From contig CM022665.1 in NCBI GenBank assembly GCA_012295275.1, forward strand, positions 26,660,001-26,724,000: a stretch of DNA of 64,000 nt, given 5' to 3'. Shown one piece after another: positions 1 through 10,800 of the stretch (the stretch's first letter is position 1; each line of letters begins with the position of its first letter). A program made the translations under genes and the position numbers. The notes under the pieces are model-generated. The model worked only from the letters and a program-made list of their open reading frames with translations. It did not search any database and had not been told where the DNA came from. The DNA comes from Chrysomallon squamiferum (lineage: Eukaryota > Animalia > Mollusca).

Positions 1-2407
1 CATTAACAGATACACAAGTTATCAGATCATAGCCTTCATCCTGTAAGTAAACTCATATAAATGATCATGTAATGGTGTGTGTGTGTATACTGAATTAGAG
101 TTCGTACGTATAGTTTTTATACAGTCACTAACAAAACCAAATTGTTTTTTTTAAAATTAATTTCCCAGAGTTCTGAAATTGGAGATGATAGTGAAAATTA
201 AAATGAGTATTACAAATAAATATTGACATCTAACCTTAAAAGCTGTAACTGTTATTAGAGCTAACAAGTGTGGCTGCAATTACTATACTTTATACTAAAG
301 TCTTAACAGTTAAATTTATAACAACAAAAACATCCAGTCATCATAATGTTTTCATTTTCTTTTAATTTTTTTTGACTAACCTTGAATTTGTTACTGTATG
401 ACAAATATTCTGGAAGATGAGCCTGAAAAAGGAAGGAGATACTGAATAAAATATAGATAAGGAAACACAGGTCTGTGAAAAAAAAAAAAAAATTATTTGC
501 ACTTTATTGAGCCAGTGTTATGTAACAAATCCTTACAGAGAGTGTAAATAAGCACACCCCCAAAAATAAATAAATACTGAAAGAAAGGAAGCAAAGAGAA
601 AAAGAAATAAAAAGGTAAATTATTTTAGTTTTTTCTAAATTTATTAAATCATCACAATTAATAATAAAACTAATTCATTCATCACATTGATGTTTTGACA
701 GGAGTATTAAAAATTAGGTTAGCATCTGAAATGAAAACAATGAAATTCTGCAACACAATTCTACACTGTAACTCAATCCATCTGATAAAACACCATCTGC
801 TGGCACTAAGCAACAACATAAAGACTAACGCAAATAACACTAAACTTAAATTATAAACTGCATAAATTACCAATCAAATCATTTTATAGATGTAGAATGC
901 ATATAGAGAATACAGTTTTTCACAATAATTACAGTAACATAATTTTAATTATTTTTATAATTTCTTTTAATTTAATATATACATTCATTTATTAGCGGGT
1001 CAGTTTCCAAACTGACAAAAAAAAAAAAAAAAAAAAAAAAAAAGAATGAAATAAAAAAGAAAGAAAAAAAGAAGATATTTTAAAGAAAAATACCTTGTTA
1101 TTGTTAGTACATAAATGAAATAATACTTCCTATAGAAATATTTGCTAATTCTTGAAAGAAAAAAGAAAAACAACCATAGTGACAATAGTTTCATACACAG
1201 TAACAAAATATAATGTTCTGAGATGTTATTAAATAAAGATTCAACTTATAAAATTAAGAAATAAATTATTTTAGAAAAGAAAAATTATTAATAAATGAAC
1301 TTGAATTTATGACAGTCAATGTATATGTCTGTATGAGTGCTTGCATGTGTGTTTGTCTGTGTGTGTGTGAGAAAGTGAGAGAGAAGTAAATGCTAGCTAT
1401 GGACTGTTTTTATTTACATTATTTTATAAAGGTATATTACCGTTGTACAACCAGGTGTGAATGCACCAACAACTGAAAAAAGAACACCTCTTTTTCCTTT
1501 GTAGAGTTTTAATGGATTTACTTTGTCTGATGGAGAATTCTCATATAGATCAATATCTGGTAGAGCATCTCCAACCTGCATGTAAATGTTACAACAATGA
1601 TATAAACACCTAACATCAACATAATGATAAAGTTTATTCAGTCATAAAATAATTATAAAAACATGCATTAAATTACAATTATAATATTGAACACATAATT
1701 TATGACTAACACAAAAAGAATGTGTCAGTTTCAAAATTAAAGTTTGCTTATTTGGATAAACGAATAAATAAATAAAATTTGTTTTATTTTAGTTAATACT
1801 CATAATAAAACCTACTTTGAAAAAAAAAAATTTCATTATTATTATTTTTAATGTTCTGAAACTTTTAGTAAAAGCTGTAGTTTGGGCTTTTTTTTTTCAT
1901 ATAAGCACAGCTTTTACACTTACACAGACACGGACTCTCACAATATATCAGACAAGCCTTATTTGCCAGAACAGGCTGTACAAATACTGAATATTTATAT
2001 TATTATTATTCGTATGATGCAACTTTATAATTTTATTGTTTACATCTTATCCAACAGCTTCTGATCTTTAGCTCTTCCGCAAATATATACGGATACAAAA
2101 CAAACAAAAATGTGGATCTAAAGTTTATATTAATTAATCCACTCTAAATCTCAGTGCTATATCTTTCAGTTATTGGAGATTTGTTGTTTTGAAGTTTGGT
2201 CCGAATTCAAATTCGGGTCCGAAACATTCAACATTTCATTGCCTTGTCCATTGTTATTTGCAACCATTTATTCACAAATACGAAACAGTAGTGCTGAGTG
2301 AAAAGCAAGCGATCATTTACCTTGATAAAACGTATTGTCTGAAGAAATGCAGGACTCATAGACTGTTTTATCATTAAATTTGTCACCCGATTGCATAAGA
2401 AGGCCAT
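1..2407 (-). CDS. PRDX5: Peroxiredoxin-5-like, N-terminal part; the gene runs off the left edge
   Basis: Four GT-AG exons, all phase 0: 2407-2321 (MAFLCNRVTNLMIKQSMSPAFLQTIRFIK, a basic, acid-free mitochondrial-type leader), 1575-1441 (VGDALPDIDLYENSPSDKVNPLKLYKGKRGVLFSVVGAFTPGCTT), 422-381 (AHLPEYLSYSNKFK) and 40-<1 (DEGYDLITCVSVN...). These match the PRDX5 signatures IKVGD, GAFTPGC, HLP and CxSVND. Confidence 0.93.
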
Positions 2408-2989
2408 GTTGATCTAGTTTCCGTAAACTTCATTTGTAGAATAACAAACGTCATTTCCGGGTATTCCCCCAAATCTAGGTCAATAAATATAATACTAAGT
2501 TTTATTTTCTTAGTTGTTTACAGTTTTCATCATTATGCACTTTCACAATTTAACGCGTTTTAATTAATAATATTACATTTATATTTAATATCTAAATTAT
2601 GTTTTCATAATACTATATCAGCAAATGCGGAAAAAAACCATCAACAACAACAAAAAATCAGTCTCAGATACTGTAATTAATTATACGAACTTTAATTAAA
2701 AACAATAATTTTTAGCCAAATGTCCACTTTCCTGAAAAGACAATGACGGTTTTATAGGGAAATACACCATATAATTATAAAGGTTTCAAAAATACTGTGA
2801 AAATATATTATATTGTATGAAGTTCAATAATTTTCAAAATAAGCTTTAGCCTGGTAATTTAATATAATTCCTTTGTGGTCACCACCACAGTTAATGCGGA
2901 GGTTGGAAATTAATTAAGGCTAGTCAAACCGTGTCGTTACAAAAGTGTTCTAACAAGTTTGGACTTGTTCATTTCTCTATTTGTAACTG

Positions 2990-3060
2990 ACCAATGGTCA
3001 GGCTTGGTATTGATAGAGATAACAGACGGCCCTTGTATGGGCGGGGGACGGCGGGGCTGT
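2990..3060 (+). promoter_or_regulatory. CCAAT box and GC boxes upstream of the H2A-like gene
   Basis: CCAAT near 2991 and GGGCGGGGGACGGCGGGG at about 3038-3057 in otherwise very AT-rich DNA. A candidate 5'UTR donor (GTAAGT) follows at 3185 and an acceptor (TTTTACAG) ends at 3720. Confidence 0.45.
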
Positions 3061-3740
3061 CATCTTTGGTTTTATGCATGCCTTGTGACGACGTATTTTT
3101 CAAACTTACACTAGATCCACAAATTAGGATATTATTACGGTAACTATTAAATATTTTTCTTCGCCTCCCCTCCTCCAAACTTGTGTAAGTGTGTAATACC
3201 AATTAATTATATATATTGACAGTTTTATACCTTGAAACATAACATAAAACAATTAAAAGTAAACTCATTAAAAAAAAAAAAAAAAAAAAAACAAACAACA
3301 TTTCATTTTTCAAACCACATAACGTTTTGATCAACTGTTTTGTAATTAAATTTTTTAACATTATTATTATTATTACTGTTGTTGTTGTTACTGTTACTGT
3401 TTGTTCATATTGTTGTTTAAACATTATAACATAATAAGAGAGAAATATTAGAAAGTAATTATTAACGTCAGACTACATGCATAATAGAGAAATGTATAAA
3501 TTATTTCATTTTTAGAAACTCGGAATTTTGTTACCTCGGCTTTACTTTTAATTAACTAATCATAAGGGAATGTACAAATTCAAACTTTACATTTAATATT
3601 ATACGGCATTTATGTTTTATTTATTTGCTTGTGTGTTAATGTTTATTTTATTTTATTTTATTTTATTTTATTTTATTTGTTTATTTATTTTTGTTTATTA
3701 GTTTTGATTTTATTTTACAGAACTGTGAAACACTGCAAAT

Positions 3741-4178
3741 ATGATGAGGAGACATTATAAAGAATCACGCAAATTATCAAATAAAAACTTAAACCTGCAG
3801 AGAAAGTGGAAACAATCCCAACAAAACACAGTATGTCTGCCGTATCAATTTGTTTTGACTGATCTGCGTAACAGAACTGGACGAAATGTTAGCACTGGAG
3901 CTGCTTTGTATCTGGGAGGAATTATCGAATACTTGATAGCAGAAGTGTGCGATTTAGCCCAAACTCATTCCATCCAGCTTGGACACAGAGACAGAATAAC
4001 TCCCGCAGCCATTTACAAAGTTTTTATTAATGATAACGATTTTCGTAGTATGTATATACAATCAAAATGTATCCCTCAGAACAATGGTTGGATTTCAAAA
4101 ATAAGTTTTTCTTTGTTATATGTTAGTGACAAGATATCAAAATTTGTTCATTGGTGGTCAGGCTATTCTAGCAGGTAA
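3741..4178 (+). CDS. Highly divergent histone H2A-like protein (145 aa)
   Basis: NVSTGAALYLGGIIEYLIAEVCDLA...DRITP...NDNDF...GWISKISFSLL aligns with H2A [25 protein letters not shown]...TRIIP...NDEEL...GVLPNIQAVLL. A splice acceptor at 3719-3720 with an in-frame upstream TGA indicates a 5'UTR intron. AATAAA lies at 4249 and no histone stem-loop was seen. Confidence 0.8.
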   Translation: MMRRHYKESRKLSNKNLNLQRKWKQSQQNTVCLPYQFVLTDLRNRTGRNVSTGAALYLGGIIEYLIAEVCDLAQTHSIQLGHRDRITPAAIYKVFINDNDFRSMYIQSKCIPQNNGWISKISFSLLYVSDKISKFVHWWSGYSSR

Positions 4179-4624
4179 CGATAGCTTGAATAATATATAA
4201 TTATGTGCGACACATAAGAAATGCGAAATATAATGTAATTACACACGCAATAAATCTCCTACATTTTTTCTTTCTTTTTAAATGTTTCATTTGGTTGACT
4301 GTTTTCTGTTTATTGTTTGTCTTTCTTTCTTTCTTTTTTTCTCTTATTTTTTCCAAAATGATCTTAAGTACTATTTTGAAATGAAAGAATATATTTTCCA
4401 TAGTTTTAAATTCATATTCACTTCAGGTTCGAAGTGGATCTTTTTTAAATGAAGCAACTCAAAAAAGATGTGATGCAAATAATTTATTTTCATTAAAAAG
4501 GAGAAGAAAAAAGTTTAAAAGAAATGTGGAAAATAAAGGTATATTATAATGCAGAAAAGAAATTTAATAAAAATAACAATAATTAAAAACTAGGTTAAAA
4601 TGGTTAGCATTTTCATTTTTGATT

Positions 4625-6791
4625 CTACTGCATTCGTGGTCCGCCTGGCGGTGGTGGTAGTCGAGGTGGCAAAGGGAAGTTTTGTACTGGGCTTGGTCTT
4701 CTGGCAGTTCCAATATTGGCATAAATGTTTTCTCTTTCAATATTACCATTTAAATTGTGGGGAACTGGTTGTGTTATAGGCATCGCAAAGGTATCAACGT
4801 TGGCATAGGGATTGTCTCTTTTAATTTCGCCGATCTCGTCATAAAGAGGTTCGTTTCGAACAGTCGGAATATCGAACTGTGGCTGTGTAAATCCGCCAAT
4901 GTTGGCATAGGCATTTTCTGTCTCGATGTTGCTTTCATCTATTATAGGAGTGTGTTTTGCGGTTCCGTTCCCGTTGAGATTTGGCAACATTATCTGATCC
5001 ACGTTGGCATATACAGGCTCTCTTTCAATGATACCTTGATCAATATTAGCATAAACACGATCGGTTGCTATTGGTGCAGTAATGTGTGGCTTTCTTTCCA
5101 TGCTTTGGATTGGTACTACTTCCTCATCGTCCTCTTCATCACCCGTTTCCTCGCCAGACGTAACATCTTTCAACAAAGGTTTGCCAGCTCCTCTTTTTTT
5201 ATCTGCAAATAGAGAAATGTAATCGATTTGCATTAGTTTTTGAGTAACTTAAGAAAAATAAATAAACAAATTAACTAATGTAATTCAGTTATTTATTTGT
5301 CAAGTTTATTATTGTTGTTGTTGTTACTTATTACATAGGAAAAAGAAGAGGAAACAATTTGATAATAACATTATTTGTTTAATTTAGTATGTGAAGTGGC
5401 AAATTACTGCTGTTAATATAGCTTAAACAGAGTCGTACTTTTGGTGGGGGAAATGTAGAAAACAATTATACAGTTTTTACCTTTCTCTTTTTTAGAAGGA
5501 AAAAGATAACCAACGGTTGTTGCAGTAGCTTTTCCACCTTTTAACGCCTTTACCACGGACGTTTGCACAAAGCGTGTTAATATAACTACAACGATCTAAA
5601 ATGATGATGATGATAAAAAATATTACTTAGTTATTATTATTACATAAACATGAAAGTTGTTTGATCAGAAATTTAATCAAGACAATGGTAAAATACACAT
5701 ACACAAAAACACAACACTCTAATGTAAAAGACCACTTATTATTTGTGACAGTCGACACATGCAGAATTGTATACTAATTCTTTGCTACTTGTAAAATACC
5801 TGAACACCTGTTGATGACAAAATCAATATTCCGACATATGTCAGGATGCCGTGCCCGTAGTACATGGTCAAAGCCTGCTTACAACCCCAGCGGTGAAGGG
5901 TTGTCGCCACTTTGTAATCGTAGTTGTAATGCACGTGATTGTCGTGGACATGGTGATGAATGCACGGCCGCTTGGCCAAGGGGCTGCAGCAGCTGAACGG
6001 AACATCATCATTTGTGTAACCAAGATTTGAATCCCTAAAACAGTAGGAAGAAAAATCATTTAACATGGAAAGCAGTATCCCTGTCTTTGAAAAATGATTA
6101 ATTTCTGACTCTATTTGTATTGTTATATAAAAATCTTTGTTAAAGTTTTAATACTAATAATAAACTGAGATCATTTAGAGAAGACTTTTTTTCAAGTAAT
6201 GATAATGGTTATGATGACAAAGACTCACAATTTTAATCCATGTTTATTTATAAGGTAGTGGTGGTTAATCCAGTTCACACCAAACCAGTCTCGGTAGTCG
6301 TTGCTACCACAACACTCGAAGGTTATCTGCAAAGTGTCGAGTTCGTACTTCGTTGGCTGATCGGACTTGTATCGTTTTATTGCTTTTAAAAGTCCTCTTC
6401 CATATGCTTTGCCCATCCTAGGTATTTCTGCAAAGCACACAATACCTACTGCCACATGTAACGCACACAGTACTGCCCCCGAGATTATTATTCCAAATAA
6501 AGCCTTAGATAATTTTTTTCGTTGTTTCTTTTTTCTAAGTTTATAATACACAACAGTACATACCACGTTTTGTATTATTCCGTAGATTCCAGTGAACATT
6601 ATGAATCCAGGAAGAACCGATATATCAAATCCTTCGAGGAAACGTGTTTTTGATTCTATGACTACCTGAATGAAAGCACCGCAACCTAGTATGGACACTG
6701 ATGTTAATGCACAAAACAGACTTATGATAGCTGAAGTTATTGCACATGCCTTACGTTTTTTCTCATTTAGTCTTACTTTCGGCACTCCCAT
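4625..6791 (-). CDS. Peripherin-2/RDS-family tetraspanin with an extended C-terminal tail (about 496 aa)
   Basis: Exons 6791-6229, 6034-5800, 5595-5481 and 5202-4625 have GT-AG boundaries and consistent phases (2, 0, 1). There are four hydrophobic segments. EC2 motifs LQITFECCGSNDYRDWF, DVPFSCC..RPCIH and TLH.WGC and the post-TM4 RFVQTS are typical of PRPH2/ROM1. Confidence 0.9.
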
Positions 6792-7801
6792 TTCATATTT
6801 TGTTTTTGACTGAATTTACATGTAAATATCGACCTTTAAATTCCTATTGCACATCGTTGTAAAATGTATATAAATCCATCTTGATACTGTTATTTTAAGC
6901 CAAACATTTTTGCAAATAAATTTCAATAATGATAAATGACGTCATTCATATAATTGTGCACAATGACGTTACAAAATAAATTAACAATCTTTATAAATGA
7001 GGCAGATGATACATGTAAATGAATACGAACCCTTAACGTTTTTTCATTTTTTTCATTGTTTAATTTAATATAAATATATATATATATTTTTTTTTTTCGT
7101 GATTTTTTTTAACTCTGAAGACCGTTATACAGTCTTAAAAATAAACTGAAGCCTAAAATATTTTATTTATATGTGTTCACTGTATTATCTTTATTTTTCA
7201 TATTGTACATGTATTAGAAATTAAATCTTCAGTAACTTGTTAATACAGACTACTTTAAAGCGGATAGTAGTCGCTGTGGTGTGCGATCACATCTGAAATA
7301 ATTTAAAATGATTAAGGAATTTAAATAATAAATTACTGGTATGTGTGATTTTGTGTATACAGTATATGATCAAGGCACATTGTTTATTATGACACTGAGA
7401 CAAAACAACAAGTAAGTTTACTTATATTAAAATTATATTCAATTTATGTGTAAATAACACATTTTTAATAATATATAAAGACAGCACAGTCATGAGCGTA
7501 TATAAGTAGCAAAATTAGAACTTGAAGATAAACTCTATAACCTCAAATGATCAAAACATTCGAATATTTATTTTATGTCATTATTTTTGTTTAGTTCTCA
7601 GAATTGATATTAACATAATAATTGTGATGGTTCTTTTCAGCACGCGGATAGCGAGCAAAATAATTGTAATTTAAATTAATAAATTAAATAATCAAACACT
7701 TGTATTCAGTTTGAATTTGTCGTTTATTTGTCAAATTTAGGAGAGTTAATCCCCTTTAGAACTTCTTCTCGCTAAAAGGAAGGAAACATCTCCGAAGTAT
7801 C

Positions 7802-10800
7802 ATGGAGGTGCTTTCACTTCTGATGTTATGCATTTGGGTTATTAATACGCGAGAAGATAATCAGTTTTGTGAAATAGCAAATGTTCAGATAGAAAATGAA
7901 GATGGAAGAAGACAGATCTTCGAACTGAAGCGCATAGAGCCAATTAAAGGAGGTCCTTGTCTGCTCTGTGCAGGCAAATCTAGTAGTGGCACCTGGGAAA
8001 TATCTCCACTGAAATTTAGTCTTGTTTTAACGCCTGGTGAAGTTGTAGCAGAATGCGGTAGGTGTTTAAAAATGAAGTATTTTTCTATCATATGCAGATT
8101 AAATGAATAAATTCATCTAAATAAAATTATATGTTCATGCAGAAAAAAATTTAAAAAAACATCTTCTTATAACTTACAGAGACTAATGAAGAGTTACATC
8201 ATAATTATATATTCAGATTAATTCCATTTAATTTCTAAACATTCATATGATTAAATAATTTAGTTAATATATGTAAAATAAACTTCCACTGATATAGTGA
8301 TAAGTTGAATTTGCTTTTGGCCTATTTGGAATTATTAATTTGTATGTCACTATGTGTGCCTTTCAGATGATGCTAAGCATAATTTACCTGTTGGTTTGTG
8401 TGCAGCTTCAAAAACTATTAGTTCCTGTTCGCATGAAGATTCCACAGAGAAAGAAGATAAAAAATCCTGTCAAAATCCACAGGTGAAAAATAGAGACTTG
8501 ATTTATTTATAGATTCTATAACTTTATGATAATTTCCTATTTGTTAATTACATATATGATAACATAATTTAGCCAGTGAACAAAATTTAATTAATACTTT
8601 GAAATTGTTTTTTTCACAGGTTTTGGCTGACAAAATATTTGAGAAAGGACTAGTTCCTATGGCAACAGGAAAAAATGACATTGACAGAAAAATAGGTAAT
8701 ATATTTTTCTTTTTGAAACTATTTAGAAACTGACATAATAATTGGTTAATTTTAATATTAAATTAATCTCTGAAAATAGGCTGTAACCCAGAAGAAGACA
8801 TATAATTTGAGGAATGAATGGCCATTGGATCACCCCTCCTCAACCTTTGGGTTTTATAATTCATACAATTATTGTATAAAAGGCCAGAGTTTCTGATTTT
8901 CTTTTCTTGGAAATTGCATTGTATTTCTATTATAAACCAGGCAAGTGGGAAATTTTAATCAGTGCTTACTGCATTTTTAGAACGGCTTTATGTTTATGTA
9001 CTGTGGCAGTTTAAACAAAAACTGATTATGTAGGTACCAGCAGCCTAGGTGATATAATTGGTCGAAGCTGTTAAAAGTTCAGATTTTGTCCATTTTCCTC
9101 CACTCACAAATCCCTTCTATAAATCCTACCATAAAAAACAAATACATGTAACTAAAGATCTTTATGTGCTCTTTTAAATGGTGTTGTTGTTCTTGTTGTA
9201 TATTTAATCAGTTCTTTGTACGAGAGTGTTAAAGGCAGTGGGGGTAAACTCACTTCAGCACCTGTGGTCAGCAATTAACACCGTGGAGTGAAAAGTCCTA
9301 AAATAGGGTCACTCTACAAATGCCTGGCTTGTTTTCGCCGAAATGGCTTCAATGTTATTTTTAGCACAGCTAGGAGGGTCAAAGTTTCTAACAGTGTGCA
9401 TGTCGTAGCTGGCAATGGCTTATATCAAAAGTGGTGTCCAAAAATGTACTTTTTCATGCCTTCAAACCTATTTTGAAAAAAACTGGCTGAAAATAAAACC
9501 TATGTTCATGGGATCAAATGAAAGATCATTCAATTACCTTTCAAACAATGTGCAACACTACGGTGTGTCTTCTTTGGCGAAAAGAAGCTCCGCATTTGAA
9601 AGTAGCACGTGCTTGGCAAAATCGCCATTACGTTACGCCGTAGATTTTATGTAAGTTAGAAAGGTCTGGTGCTTGTTAAAATGATTATATTTATATGTTG
9701 TTTATATTTTTAATTAATTTGTTGGCTGTTTGTTTTTCTTCAGTTTTCCTACTTTTAGCGTATACATTATAGCACGTGCATAGCGAAATCGTGTTCTGAA
9801 TTAAACGAATTAACATTGTTTTGCTGATTACTATCTTCAGTTTAAAACCATCGATTATTTTGCATTCAAAATTCTTGCAATAAACGTCGAATTAAGAATC
9901 GTAAACATAACAAACTATACAACATAATAGAACAATGTATTCAGAGGTATTGATGGAATGCTGAATAAAACACCTTTCTGGAGTTGACGCCAAGGATTAG
10001 CTGAGTTTATGTATTGCAAAGGATTATGGTTAAACATCAAATGTTTGTAGACCTTTTAAGTAACATTTATATATATATATGATATATACACATCACAGTA
10101 TCTTAACTTATTACTACCAATTATTTAATAGAGTGAAAATTGAAGCTGCTTACGTAAATAAAGTTGTGCTGTTCTATAAAAATTGAAATTGTAATTTTTT
10201 TTTATGGGCTTGGCAGACATTTTTTTAATTTTATTTTTTTTATTACAAATGTTAAATTCAAGTATGTCATTTGAAAGATCTTGATAAATTGTTCACAACA
10301 AAAACTGAAACCACAGTGTGTATTTGAACTTTTAGTCATTTTGATGATTTTGGCATGTTCAGCATGTTATTGTGAACACACATACAAACATACAGCTCAA
10401 AAATTGAGCTCATTTGGCAAGTTGGTCCCATCACTCTTGTTGATTTTCAGCCTTTTGTGTCAATTACTTTTCAAACTACTGTTGGCCAAAGTAGCCCTTT
10501 CTGCTAATTAGCCAAAATAGGGCTAAAAACCAACCAAATACCTGTCAAACCGATTTGCATATATCTTCTTAACTGCTGGAGACAGAAACATAATTTTTTG
10601 TGTGTTTTCATTCTTTTTGCTACAGCTTTCATTATGTGCTGGTTTTTTGAGTGCATATTATGTGAAATTAAAGTCAGAAAAAATTTGCCTGCCAGTACCT
10701 AGATTATGTATGCATTTAACCCATTTGTGCTTAATACAGAGGATTTTTCAAATTTTTATACATGTTTTACATCTTCTGTAAGATAAGTAAATAATGAAAT

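Noticed and set aside
2208-2226. Small inverted repeat CCGAATT-CA-AATTCGG in PRDX5 intron 1
   Set aside because: Too short to distinguish from chance.
4757-5212. 151-aa plus-strand ORF
   Set aside because: Antisense shadow of the tetraspanin last exon.
5785-6066. 93-aa ORF as an independent gene
   Set aside because: It is tetraspanin exon 2 (6034-5800) plus intronic flanks.
6035-6085. Upstream alternative acceptor for tetraspanin exon 2
   Set aside because: It introduces an in-frame TGA after a few codons.
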